A DNA stretch of 63,346 bases from Pyrinomonadaceae bacterium (GCA_036265575.1 DATAOU010000222.1:1-63346); one strand, 5' to 3'. Positions 30,066-39,622 are shown, numbered from the stretch's first letter. Translations and numbers: made by a program. Notes: generated by a model from the letters alone, not told the origin.

Positions 30066-30593
30066 CTAAGCGCGAAAAATAACTACAGAGACGAGACTGC
30101 CAAACATAATGGCGACGCCGTAGGGAATGGTGTGACGACGATCAACCGGCACGGCGAAACGAGGCATCGTCTGACCCGGCAACAGGCCAACCAGAATGTA
30201 AAAGACTCTCTTCATCGTTTCTTTCAACTGGCCCGCACGTATCATTGAGACAACTCCAAGCACGCCGCCGATTAGTGCAACAACAACAAAGGTGGGAACC
30301 ACGAGCGCCGCTCCTGTTAACGAACCGACGGCCGCAAACAGCTTTACATCGCCCGCCCCCATCGCGCCGAAGACATGCATTACAAACATCAAAGAAAACC
30401 CAATCAGGCATCCCCCCAGACTGGTTACTGCGCCTTCGAAGCCGCCGAAGAAGCCGTTAACGAGAACCCCCACCGTCAATGTCGCCAGAACAAAAGGATT
30501 TGGGATGCGGCGATAGCAGACGTCGTAGTAAGAGATGATGACGCTCAATGGAACCAGAAATACCGCAACAATAAGACTCATCTGGGGGGACAT
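30066..30593 (-). CDS. cpaA: A24-family prepilin peptidase CpaA/TadV
   Basis: I trimmed the ORF 30066..30719 to the Met of 'MSPQMSLIVAVFLVPLSVIISYYDVCYRRIPN'. The longer form would overlap flp. Two Asp motifs are present: 'YYDVCYRRIPN' and 'GAMGAGDVKLFA'. Confidence 0.8.
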   Translation of the reverse strand: MSPQMSLIVAVFLVPLSVIISYYDVCYRRIPNPFVLATLTVGVLVNGFFGGFEGAVTSLGGCLIGFSLMFVMHVFGAMGAGDVKLFAAVGSLTGAALVVPTFVVVALIGGVLGVVSMIRAGQLKETMKRVFYILVGLLPGQTMPRFAVPVDRRHTIPYGVAIMFGSLVSVVIFRA

Positions 30594-30651
30594 TGTCGTC
30601 TCCAATTCCGGACTATTGATAACTGGATAACAGCGGGGCGGCTTTGAGTGA

Positions 30652-30813
30652 CTAGTTGACTTTGATCTTGTCAGCCAGGTTTTGAATGACCGTATTGATG
30701 TTGCTGCCAAGAGTTCCAAAGGTAGCGATTACAGCCAGCGTAATGAGCGCGGCAGCTACCGCGTATTCTGAAAGTTCAAGGCCGGTTTCGTCGGTAAGAA
30801 ATCTTCTCATCAT
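30652..30813 (-). CDS. flp: Flp family type IVb pilin (53 aa)
   Basis: Not in the ORF track because it is under 60 aa. My translation is MMRRFLTDETGLELSEYAVAAALITLAVIATFGTLGSNINTVIQNLADKIKVN. It carries a Flp motif, with a G/xxxxEY processing site followed by a hydrophobic helix. Confidence 0.8.
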   Translation of the reverse strand: MMRRFLTDETGLELSEYAVAAALITLAVIATFGTLGSNINTVIQNLADKIKVN

Positions 30814-30875
30814 TGGTTTTTCTCGCTTGCTAAAGATGAACCACAGATGGACGGGCGAGCGCGCCCGCTGAATTG

Positions 30876-31037
30876 CTAGTTGACCTTAATCTTGTCCGCG
30901 AGGTTTTGAATGACTGTGCCGATATTGGTGCCGAGCGTGCCAAACACACCCACTACGGCAATGGCGATCAACGCGGCCGCAACCGCATATTCGGAAAGCT
31001 CCAGGCCGTTTTCGTCTTTGAGAAACTTTTTGATCAT
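30876..31037 (-). CDS. flp: Flp family type IVb pilin (53 aa)
   Basis: An internal Met of track ORF 30876..31097 gives MIKKFLKDENGLELSEYAVAAALIAIAVVGVFGTLGTNIGTVIQNLADKIKVN. The length and C-terminus match the two flanking copies. Confidence 0.8.
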   Translation of the reverse strand: MIKKFLKDENGLELSEYAVAAALIAIAVVGVFGTLGTNIGTVIQNLADKIKVN

Positions 31038-31118
31038 TGATGCTCCTTCATTAAGGGAAAACGATGCGCGCCGCCTGCTTAGCATTAGGACGCGCACCTT
31101 TTCTCCGTATCGGACGTG

Positions 31119-31280
31119 CTAGTTCACTTTGATCTTGTCGGCCAGGTTTTTGATAACCGTGTTGATGTTGGAACCCAGCGTACCGAAGACACCGACGACC
31201 GCGATGGCGATTAAAGCCGCGGCAACCGCGTACTCGGAAAGTTCAAGGCCCGTTTCATCCCGAAGAAAATTCTTGATCAT
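31119..31280 (-). CDS. flp: Flp family type IVb pilin (53 aa)
   Basis: Not in the ORF track. My translation is MIKNFLRDETGLELSEYAVAAALIAIAVVGVFGTLGSNINTVIKNLADKIKVN. An AAGGAG Shine-Dalgarno lies 8 nt upstream of the ATG. Confidence 0.8.
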   Translation of the reverse strand: MIKNFLRDETGLELSEYAVAAALIAIAVVGVFGTLGSNINTVIKNLADKIKVN

Positions 31281-31377
31281 TTTTTTGCTCCTTAGGTTTG
31301 GGTTAAGAGTTTTTTCAGCTTGCGCCCTTACCCACCACGCATCTTCGAGCTTGGCGGAAGGACCAACTTTGCGAGCA

Positions 31378-31653
31378 TCAGTAGCCAGCGGTTATGGATG
31401 CCCTTCGCAGATCATTGTTAACCTCTGGCTCTACATCACCCTGACTCTGTTTCTTGCTTGCCAGACGGAAGCGGCCATCAGTTACTCGCACTGCCGCGCT
31501 CGCTAATACGATAAGCAGGAAGAAAACTTCCGGCCTGACATCGTTCGCCAGCGTGACCGCGTAGGTACCAACGATCGATCCGATCAGGAGGAATGGCGCT
31601 GCGAGCACCACACCTAGAAGGGCCATGAGAACTTTTCGGTTTCCAATTTTCAT
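31378..31653 (-). CDS. Hypothetical small two-TM membrane protein upstream of the flp genes
   Basis: Track ORF 31378..31719 read from the internal Met: 'MKIGNRKVLMALLGVVLAAPFLLIGSIVGTYAV...FFLLIVLASAAV'. I recognise no motif and see no clear RBS. Confidence 0.3.
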   Translation of the reverse strand: MKIGNRKVLMALLGVVLAAPFLLIGSIVGTYAVTLANDVRPEVFFLLIVLASAAVRVTDGRFRLASKKQSQGDVEPEVNNDLRRASITAGY

Positions 31654-32110
31654 TGTCTTGTTTGCAACCCGCGCTGTGATTTTCAGAAATTGAATTCGCG
31701 GGCAGTGCTCTCTTAACAAGACTCATGCCGCTGGCATCACGGGAATTTCCGCTTGTTTCGTAAGGTTGGTTCGGAATTTGTCGCCTGAAGTTAACAACCG
31801 GGAATCAAGATCAGCGTGGGCCGATCGCTTTGACCAGGAATTAGGCGAGCTTTGCTGTGGTTGCGTTGTTGTCGCTCTGGGTTGACAGGCCTCAGGGAAG
31901 GATTCAACTGCAAGGAACTCGGAGCGACACTCAAGGATTTGCGCCGCTTAGGTCTCGCAGGCACACGTCAAGGACGATTTCCAGGGAAAATCTATTGCTA
32001 AATGTGCAGTGCTAAAAAAGGAGGAGTAATGGAAAAGGAGGGAATGCGTTTCAGCAATTTAACGACACGTGCACGGATTGCGCCGAGACCGAGTGCACAG
32101 CCTATCGTTA

Positions 32111-33700
32111 CTAGCGAACAAAGATGACTGCTTGTTTATCTTCAAAAACGTTGCGCCACTCACGATCCTCGCGCAGTAGGCTGGCTAATGGGACATCAGG
32201 CTTTACAAGGACTGTGCGAATTCCGCGCTGATTGAGTTTCTGTCGCCAGACCGGACTGCCCTCATGGATATCGAGAAACTCATCAATCATGCTGTCGCCG
32301 TAGACGTCCGCTCGTCCATCAATGTAAACCTTGTAATCCGGATAGAGCCGCCAGATTAAATAGCCTCCCCATGCGTATTCATTGTAAATAGGCTGCGCGA
32401 GTTTATTTGCCCGAAGAAACTCAACGGCCACAGACGGGTAATCTTTTAGCTCAGCATCGGGTTGGCTTGCCACTGTGTTTTGTACGCGCAAAGTCACCAG
32501 ACACAGCGGAGCAATTACTAGCAACAGAACATTAAGCACCAGCTTCAATCTAAGTTTGGTTTCGGCTGCGAGCGTCTCGGGCTTTTCGAGCCACTGTCCC
32601 CACCGGTGACTGGTTATCCAGCTCCACGAGTGCTTGGCCAGAAGCGGTATCGCAACTAGGACGAAAAACGGCATGTTCCGGCTTGATCTCAAGGTCAGCC
32701 AGCCGGTAGCGATCAGCAATAAGATCTCACTTGGACGGGCACGTTTCTTCGATAAGGCAAGCGCGCCAAATGTGAGCAGAATCATCAAGCTCAACGCCTG
32801 GAACATCGGTTCGTGGAAATCCGGCGAACGCCATTCCTGGATGTACTGCATCATGGTGCGCGAGGTCAGCGTTTCAAATGGATATGAAAACAATCGGACA
32901 CCATTCGGATTTACACAGACTGCGGCAATGCAAGCCAGCAATACCAAACCGATAGGACGCAATGCCTGGACGATATCGCGGGCTGCCTGCCCGCGCAATA
33001 ACAAACCGTCGAGGACAATGCCAAACATCGTGAGCATGACAAAAGCAATACCAACTGCAAATCCGGCATGCATGTTGGTCCAGACAACCAGTAACGGCAC
33101 CAGCCACCAGATAGCTCGAGACTTCTGGTTATTAGAATAGTGATCAAGGATGCCTAGGAAGATGCTCGCGAAAAGGATTGAAAATATCTGCGGCCGCACG
33201 CCCCAGGTCGGAAGGGTAGCGATAGCGCCAAGTATCACCGCGAAACCGGCGACGTATGGATGCGGAGCATGCTTATGGCAGCGCCGGTAGGCAATCCAAA
33301 AAGCGATTGCTATTAGCATTGCAAAGGCGATTATCAAACCGCCGTAACCCAGCGCGCGGTAAATCGAGTAGATGAAAACCTCAGTTCCCCACTCGTGCGC
33401 AATCCATTCGCTCCCCAACCGCACCGTGGAAAAAATATCCGTATGTGGAATGCTTCTCGTCTCGACAATATATTGGCCTGTCTTGAGGTGCCACCAGAAA
33501 TCCGGGTCGGTGATGGGCCGGGCAGCAATCGTAAAGATTACAAGCATAAAGACAAAGACGAGCAGTCGCCGGCTCGAAAGAACTACGCCCATGGGCCAGG
33601 CTATCGCGGGCTTTCGTGAAGCCAAAGACTTCCGTTCACTGCTAAACGGTGGAAACTTGGTTTTTAGGGATTCACTCATATTGCCTGTTTGCCAACTCAA
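32111..33700 (-). CDS. Polytopic membrane protein, putative GT-C-fold glycosyltransferase-like
   Basis: 529-aa ORF with at least 10 predicted TM helices and a soluble C-terminal domain. The first loop carries the acidic motif 'ITDPDFWWHLKTGQYI'. The family assignment is inference. Confidence 0.55.
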   Translation of the reverse strand: MSWQTGNMSESLKTKFPPFSSERKSLASRKPAIAWPMGVVLSSRRLLVFVFMLVIFTIAARPITDPDFWWHLKTGQYIVETRSIPHTDIFSTVRLGSEWIAHEWGTEVFIYSIYRALGYGGLIIAFAMLIAIAFWIAYRRCHKHAPHPYVAGFAVILGAIATLPTWGVRPQIFSILFASIFLGILDHYSNNQKSRAIWWLVPLLVVWTNMHAGFAVGIAFVMLTMFGIVLDGLLLRGQAARDIVQALRPIGLVLLACIAAVCVNPNGVRLFSYPFETLTSRTMMQYIQEWRSPDFHEPMFQALSLMILLTFGALALSKKRARPSEILLLIATGWLTLRSSRNMPFFVLVAIPLLAKHSWSWITSHRWGQWLEKPETLAAETKLRLKLVLNVLLLVIAPLCLVTLRVQNTVASQPDAELKDYPSVAVEFLRANKLAQPIYNEYAWGGYLIWRLYPDYKVYIDGRADVYGDSMIDEFLDIHEGSPVWRQKLNQRGIRTVLVKPDVPLASLLREDREWRNVFEDKQAVIFVR

Positions 33701-35646
33701 AAAGTCCCGTCAGCACCCCTCTTAGCGGAGAGGTCATTGGCCGCCGAGTTCCGTTGTGCCAATCGTTGATCGCGCAAGCCGACGCGGCACACGTTGAAGG
33801 CGCCAACGACCTCGCAGCTTTCGCGTTCATACCATCTGTCGAAGTTTGAAAAGTCAGACTGTTCAGCGGTTTTGGTAACGAGGTACGAAACGAGCGGTTG
33901 GGCGGCCCGCTTTTCGTCAAAGGTGGAAATGTATTGCTGGTACTGTGCTAGTTCATGCCGTATTTCCTCGGCGGTAACAGGCCGTGCATTGGGATTGAGG
34001 CCATCAACCAAACGGTCAAAGCCGAAAATGCCCACCGCTACGCCGTAGTAAACATTTCGTCCATAGAAATAATCTTCCAGGTCTTTTACACCTACGCCGG
34101 TGTAGTACAGATGCCTGTATAGACGCTCTTTACTTTCCGTGCTGCTACTTCCGGAATAGACCACCATGTGAGGCGCCCAGAGCACCGCGTGTGGCGTCGC
34201 CGCAGGGCTAGCGTCGGCCATACTTAGGTCATTGAACAAAACCACTCCCTTGGGAGGGTCGCTGGCTGTTTCCGTCTGCTGGTTTAGACGAGTAAAGGCA
34301 ACCATTTCTTCCGCTGTCTCGTTGTTTGCCTGAAGACTTCTCTTCGCGGCCTGATTCGTCTCAATCATTCCCCAATCCAACGCCGCCAGCGCCACCCAGA
34401 AGACTACTCGCTGGGAAATGGCCCAGGCTTGGCCTCTTCGGATTCGCCATGGCAAAGCCGCCGTTAGGACGATTCCAATCAGGACCGAGTAACCCGTTAC
34501 GAAACCCTTGTAATGAATTGGCTGCATCACGCGGCCCGTAATCAGTTGTTGGTTCAAGACAAGGAAAGGTAAAGCAACGAATGAGGCCGCAAAAATGACG
34601 CGGCGATCACGCCAATCGATCTTGCGGTAAATGCTTCCCAGAATCAGGACCAGCAGGACCAGAGTGCCAATTAGCTGTGACGGTGAAAAAACGTCCGGAA
34701 CGCGCGATGATACAAGTGCCTGCACACTCTCGGTGGTTTCAGCCCGGTGTGAGAGCAAGATGAGATACGGAACCAGAGCAGTTACGAAAATCCCACCGAT
34801 TATGCCTGCGCCGCTTAAAACGACTGCGCGGTCGTTTGGTCGCGCTATGGCCCAGCTCGACGTTAACAGCACTAGCCAGGCAAGTGCAGCCGTCCAAAGA
34901 TAGAAATAGGAAAAAACCAGTAAGCTTAAGACGATACCGGCCACCGTCGATACTAATAACCATCGCTTCGCTTCGCCACTGAACACCCGCCACACAAGTC
35001 CGAAGAATAAAACGAGCAGCGGAAATGATGCCGCCGGCTGATAACGGCGCAGGAACGGAAAGTAATCGAAGTGTATTGTCTTCCCTGCCCACATTCCGAT
35101 TGTTCCCTCACCGGAAACCAGCGTGCCGAGGCAGAGCACCACGAACACACCTGAAACCGCCAGGCGATTGTTCCCTGTCACCAGAGCAAGCAACCAAAAC
35201 AATGCAAGCCCAGACAAAAATGCAGCGAGCGGAGTTAACAGCATGAAAGCCTGGGTACTCGACAAACCGAAAGCACGTGCGGTTAGTGCAATTGTGTACG
35301 CAGGAACAAATTGAATAGAAAATAATGACTCACCCTGTGATCCATCGCGCCCCGTGTATGGATCGTTAAGGCGGGGCCTGCCGGCAATTAGTGAGTTGAC
35401 GTAAGCAGCATACGCGACCTCATCACCCAGACCGTAGTTATAGGCTAACGCTTGAGTGGAGACAGATTGACGCGCCACCCAAAGCTGTAATTGCGGGTAA
35501 AGACTTAATAGCGTAAGGATGCATGCCGCGAAGATAGCGCACAGCCAGCGCACTCTTGTATCGCTCTTCGCGACAGGCCAAGGCGCTCGTTGATTATTGC
35601 TGAGCAATAGACCCGCCATGGAATTTGAATCCAACTGCGCACCCAC
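33697..35646 (-). CDS. Polytopic membrane protein, putative GT-C-fold-like, with a ~200-aa soluble C-terminal domain
   Basis: 649-aa ORF with many TM helices. The early loop reads 'YNYGLGDEVAYAAYVNS'. Its 3' end overlaps the start of the downstream gene by 4 nt (33697-33700), which suggests translational coupling. Confidence 0.55.
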   Translation of the reverse strand: MGAQLDSNSMAGLLLSNNQRAPWPVAKSDTRVRWLCAIFAACILTLLSLYPQLQLWVARQSVSTQALAYNYGLGDEVAYAAYVNSLIAGRPRLNDPYTGRDGSQGESLFSIQFVPAYTIALTARAFGLSSTQAFMLLTPLAAFLSGLALFWLLALVTGNNRLAVSGVFVVLCLGTLVSGEGTIGMWAGKTIHFDYFPFLRRYQPAASFPLLVLFFGLVWRVFSGEAKRWLLVSTVAGIVLSLLVFSYFYLWTAALAWLVLLTSSWAIARPNDRAVVLSGAGIIGGIFVTALVPYLILLSHRAETTESVQALVSSRVPDVFSPSQLIGTLVLLVLILGSIYRKIDWRDRRVIFAASFVALPFLVLNQQLITGRVMQPIHYKGFVTGYSVLIGIVLTAALPWRIRRGQAWAISQRVVFWVALAALDWGMIETNQAAKRSLQANNETAEEMVAFTRLNQQTETASDPPKGVVLFNDLSMADASPAATPHAVLWAPHMVVYSGSSSTESKERLYRHLYYTGVGVKDLEDYFYGRNVYYGVAVGIFGFDRLVDGLNPNARPVTAEEIRHELAQYQQYISTFDEKRAAQPLVSYLVTKTAEQSDFSNFDRWYERESCEVVGAFNVCRVGLRDQRLAQRNSAANDLSAKRGADGTF

Positions 35647-35649
35647 CCT

Positions 35650-36153
35650 TCAAGAACTACGCCGGCGAAATAATTCGGCAACTATGACGGCCAAACTCAG
35701 CACACTCCCGGCAATTGTGAAAGTCCATTCCACCAGTGCGCTTTTGCGTTGCAAGGTACCGCGAAGCATTACCATTCCACACTTCCAACCGTCTTGCTGA
35801 TAAAGCGGCAGAATATTTGTCGCCGCCAGAAGAAAATTCATCCGGCTGAATGTTGTTCCGGCTGTGAGAGTCGCCGCAATCAGATTGGCAATGATTCCCG
35901 CCAGAAAAACCAACACCTGCTGACTTAGCCTGCGACGCTGTAACTGGGCCAGGTCAAAGCGAACGTAAGCACCGAAAGGGAGCAACCTCATCACGTAATC
36001 GATGTTCCGAATGCGAAACCCATAAATCCGGCGGCCCCAGCCCAGACCCATCTCATTTATTGTGACTCCGCATGCGTGGGCGGCGACACAATGTGCCGCC
36101 TCGTGCAGCAGCAGCGCGAGGACAAACGCAGGCAAGTAACTAGTCAGCATCAA
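35650..36153 (-). CDS. Minimal M50-like (site-2 protease family) membrane metalloprotease
   Basis: 167-aa ORF. HExxH sits in TM1 ('LLLHEAAHCVAAH'). A later TM carries an 'NILPLYQQDG' motif resembling the S2P NxxPxxxLDG. There is no PDZ domain. Confidence 0.6.
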   Translation of the reverse strand: MMLTSYLPAFVLALLLHEAAHCVAAHACGVTINEMGLGWGRRIYGFRIRNIDYVMRLLPFGAYVRFDLAQLQRRRLSQQVLVFLAGIIANLIAATLTAGTTFSRMNFLLAATNILPLYQQDGWKCGMVMLRGTLQRKSALVEWTFTIAGSVLSLAVIVAELFRRRSS

Positions 36154-36215
36154 GGGTCTCCGAAATGGCCGTGCGAAAGTCGGGTTTGAAAAAGAAGGGG
36201 AGTAAGCAAGCGTGA

Positions 36216-37715
36216 CTACTGCTGCGGGGCGCGAAACTGTAGCCCGGGCTCAGTATCTTCCTGAAGAAAATCCGTGACATCGATGGCGAGCCGCTTTAAC
36301 TTCTTATAAAGCGTTTGCCGCGAGCCAAGACCTAACGCTTCGCTGGTGCGTGCGACATTGCAGTGATTGCGCTTGAGCGTTTCGGTTATGACCCGACGTT
36401 CGTATTCCTCCAATAATTCCTCGAGGCGTTCAGGCGATTGCCTTTCGTTCTTATCGTGAAACTGAGCTGGCCAGATGTGTGGGCTGAGATTATTTGGCTT
36501 TATGTATTCGTCTTCTTCGGCGTAAAGAACCAGGCGTTCAATCTCGCCTGCCAGTTCTCGAACGTTGCCCGGCCAGGGGTAAGCTTCCAAAATTCGAACG
36601 GCGTCCCAGGTAATGCCCGCAACTGCGCGGTCGTTTCGACGAGCAAAATGAGAGAGGTAATGTGAAATCAGAGCGGATACATCTTCCGGTCGCTCCCTAA
36701 GCGGCGGAACTTTTACGGTGAGTGCTGCGATGCGGTAATAAAGATCTTCCCGGAAGAGTCGCTCGCGCACCAACTGCTCGAGGTCTTTATGCGTGGCCGC
36801 AATAACTCGAACATTCACTTTTCGTGGTGACTGTTCGCCGAGAGGATGAATCTCGCCTTCCTGCAGGAACCGCAGCAGTTTTGGCTGCAAAGCCAGTGGC
36901 AGATCGCCAATTTCATCCAGGAACAACGTACCGTTCTCTGCGGCGCGGACCAATCCTTCACTGTCCCGAAGCGCGCCGGTGAAACTTCCGCGGCGATGAC
37001 CAAATAACATGCTCTCGATCAAATCGGGCGGAGCCGCCGAGCAATTGAATGGAATAAACGCTTTCTCCGCGCGCTTGCTCAGCCGATGAATTGCGTGGGC
37101 TACCAACTCCTTGCCCGTTCCCGACTCGCCAGTAATTAAAACCGTGGAGTTCGAATCCTTGATACGAGCCACGACCCGGGCAACCTCGTCCATCGCTCGG
37201 CTGGCGAAAATCATTCCCGGCAGAATTGCTTTGTCGTCTCGTTCCTCTGTCGTCTTCAGTGCGCGAGTTGGTCGATGGAGCGCGACGTGAGAATGCGCGA
37301 GCCGAGTCGCATCAACAATTCCACCGAGATCTTTTGCCTGTGCGTCGGAGATTGGACGCACGCACTGACCGTACAAAGCCGCGCCCTCGCGCTGCGCTTG
37401 CGAGCTGCTCAAAACGAACCACACGCAGGTGTCGCCGGCTTTAACCTTGGGCCAGTCGGCATCACCACTCAACACTTTGATCAAATCCGCCTCGGCTCGA
37501 GAGAGTTCCGTCTCCTGCAAGCCTTCGACCCATTGCAAGTGTGGCGTTGAGCCGGGTCCGAAACTCCAGATTGAGAGGCCGTACATGGGTGCGGTCGCTT
37601 CAACCACGAGGCTGAGCTTGAGCATAACTTCATAGAGAAGTTCCGGACCGGACTCCGCCGCCTGGCACAGAGCCCGCAGGATTGCACTCATTGGTAATTG
37701 ATTGCTATGGGTCAA
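36216..37715 (-). CDS. Sigma-54-dependent transcriptional activator (sensor domain + AAA+ + Fis-type HTH)
   Basis: 499-aa ORF. 'ITGESGTGKELVAHAIH', 'GSFTGA' (a GAFTGA variant), 'LFLDEIGDL', and the C-terminal 'CNVARTSEALGLGSRQTLYKKLKR'. Confidence 0.88.
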   Translation of the reverse strand: MTHSNQLPMSAILRALCQAAESGPELLYEVMLKLSLVVEATAPMYGLSIWSFGPGSTPHLQWVEGLQETELSRAEADLIKVLSGDADWPKVKAGDTCVWFVLSSSQAQREGAALYGQCVRPISDAQAKDLGGIVDATRLAHSHVALHRPTRALKTTEERDDKAILPGMIFASRAMDEVARVVARIKDSNSTVLITGESGTGKELVAHAIHRLSKRAEKAFIPFNCSAAPPDLIESMLFGHRRGSFTGALRDSEGLVRAAENGTLFLDEIGDLPLALQPKLLRFLQEGEIHPLGEQSPRKVNVRVIAATHKDLEQLVRERLFREDLYYRIAALTVKVPPLRERPEDVSALISHYLSHFARRNDRAVAGITWDAVRILEAYPWPGNVRELAGEIERLVLYAEEDEYIKPNNLSPHIWPAQFHDKNERQSPERLEELLEEYERRVITETLKRNHCNVARTSEALGLGSRQTLYKKLKRLAIDVTDFLQEDTEPGLQFRAPQQ

Positions 37716-38221
37716 AGTCTTGACGCGATCCTGGTGGTGTACTCGGACTCAAACACGGTACTTCGGCAAAATTGCAGCAAGCAATTTCTGAAAGAGCTGA
37801 GCGGAATCAACTGTTGAGGGCAAGGTCGCGAAACGCGCTGTCAGGTTACCCGTAGTTATGCTCGGGACGGGTTTCGTGTTGGAGTCTAGTCGCGCTGGCG
37901 AGGAGTGTCAACATTTTTAAACGCAGAGGCGAGCGGCTCCGGGGCACTTCTGAATTGTGTTCGCCAGCCGTACGCCCTTTTGGTCCATTAAGCGCTGTTA
38001 GTTCATGTAACCGTTGAACTTACGTTACGAAACCGTTGCAAAGAAATTGCTTTACACCCTTAAGCACCGATGCTACATTCCGCCAACCTTGACCCTAAAC
38101 CGTTGACTGGCAACGGATTGAACTGAGTTTTTAGCGCAGCCTGTTGTGGTAAACATAGCGAAAACACCCGCTATCTTGTGCATAAACAATTCGGTCTAGT
38201 TAAGCAGACTCTTAAAAAAAC

Positions 38222-39622
38222 ATGGCTATTCATTTTGGAACCTCCGGATGGCGAGCCGTAATTGCCGACGAATTCACGTTCGCTGGTGTGCGGTCAGTCA
38301 CGGGAGCGATTTGCTCTCACTTCGGTTCCAAAAAAACGGCAAACGACGTGATGGTTGTTGGCTATGACACACGTTTTCTCGGGGAACAGTTCGCCCGCGA
38401 ATGCGCCGACATTGTGACCGCAAACGAGTTTCAAGTGTTGCTGTGCGATGGACCGGTGCCAACTCCGACTCTGGCGCATGCGATCCGTGCGCGCAAGGCG
38501 GTGTGCGGAATCAATTTTACGGCGTCGCATAATCCCCCCGAGTACAACGGTATGAAGCTGTCCACGGCCGATGGTGCTCCTGCTCTGCCGGAAATCACAC
38601 GCAACGTCGAACAACTCATCAAGGATGTCGCCCGGGGCGAAAGCAAAACGCCATCCGATAAGTCGTCGCTGCAGACATTTTCAGCGCGCCCGGATTATCT
38701 AGCCGATCTTGGAACAAAGATTAAGTTTGACGTTATCAAACGCGCCGGTGGGCGTTATGCCTACGATCCAATCTGGGGAACTGGCCGCGGCTATCTTGAT
38801 GAAGCCTTGCGCATGCATGGTTTGGAAGTTGAAACAATTCACGATTGGCGCGATGTGCTTTTCGGCGGCAGGGCGCCAGAGCCTGAGGAGAGTCATCTAA
38901 GCGAACTGCGTGAACTGGTGTTGTCCAGAAAATGCGTGCTCGGCCTGGCAACTGACGGCGATGCCGATCGCTTCGGCGTTATAGATGCAAATGGTTCTTT
39001 CATCTCCCCCAATCAATTGATTGCTCTGCTCTTCGATTATTTGGTGGAGTCAAGACACTGGAGTGGTGGTGCTGCCCGCTCAGTTGCAACCTCCCACCTG
39101 GTCGATCGCGTTGCGAAGGCGCGTGGTTTGCCAATTTACGAAACCCCCGTGGGTTTCAAGTACATCGGAGAATTGATCAATGAAAACAAGATTGTCCTCG
39201 GCGGTGAAGAGTCGGCGGGACTGTCCATCCAAGGTCACTATCCGGAGAAAGATGGCATCCTTGCGTGTTTGCTCGCAGCGGAGGCAGTTGCGGCGCGCGG
39301 CGCGAGTCTGACGGAGCAGCTAAATGAGTTATACGCTCGGGTTGGCAAGCTCGAATCCGGTCGCACCGGAATTCGGCTGACTCCCGAAATCATGAAGGCG
39401 CTCCCCGACAAACTTACGCAGGACCCAAAAGAGATTGGCGGCCGTCGCATTGACCGCACCAATCGTCTCGATGGTGTGAAGTTCATTTTTGCCGACGGCT
39501 CCTGGCTTTTAATGCGTCCATCAGGAACCGAACCGGTTGTTCGTATTTACGCAGAATCAGAATCAGCAAAAGACGTGGAGGTGCTCCTTGAGCAGGGTCA
39601 TAGATACTTATTGGGTGGATGA
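38222..39622 (+). CDS. Phosphoglucomutase/phosphomannomutase family protein
   Basis: 466-aa ORF. Active-site 'FTASHNPPEYNGMK', Mg-binding 'ATDGDADRFG', 'GGEESAG' and 'RPSGTEP'. Confidence 0.88.
   Translation: MAIHFGTSGWRAVIADEFTFAGVRSVTGAICSHFGSKKTANDVMVVGYDTRFLGEQFARECADIVTANEFQVLLCDGPVPTPTLAHAIRARKAVCGINFTASHNPPEYNGMKLSTADGAPALPEITRNVEQLIKDVARGESKTPSDKSSLQTFSARPDYLADLGTKIKFDVIKRAGGRYAYDPIWGTGRGYLDEALRMHGLEVETIHDWRDVLFGGRAPEPEESHLSELRELVLSRKCVLGLATDGDADRFGVIDANGSFISPNQLIALLFDYLVESRHWSGGAARSVATSHLVDRVAKARGLPIYETPVGFKYIGELINENKIVLGGEESAGLSIQGHYPEKDGILACLLAAEAVAARGASLTEQLNELYARVGKLESGRTGIRLTPEIMKALPDKLTQDPKEIGGRRIDRTNRLDGVKFIFADGSWLLMRPSGTEPVVRIYAESESAKDVEVLLEQGHRYLLGG

Noticed and set aside
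30686-31506. Plus-strand ORFs 30686..30871, 30910..31122 and 31129..31506.
   Set aside because: They run exactly antisense to the three flp pilin genes and translate the complement of the hydrophobic pilin helix ('..AAATAYSESSRP..'). The minus-strand genes have the Flp motif, equal lengths and, for the copy I checked (31119-31280), a Shine-Dalgarno site.
31712-31731. A possible sigma54 promoter on the minus strand (cGGCATG-agtc-TTGTt), upstream of the small membrane ORF and the flp genes, near a sigma54 activator gene.
   Set aside because: The -24 GG is present, but the -12 element reads GT instead of the nearly invariant GC, and the flanking T of TGGCAC is missing. I found no better site directly upstream of the flp genes. 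It is too weak to call without a position-weight-matrix scan.
32029-32127. A 32-aa plus-strand ORF behind an AAGGAGGAG sequence (MEKEGMRFSNLTTRARIAPRPSAQPIVTSEQR).
   Set aside because: The SD-to-ATG spacing is only ~2-3 nt, the peptide has no recognisable features, and it overlaps the 3' end of the convergent membrane-protein gene. It is probably fortuitous.
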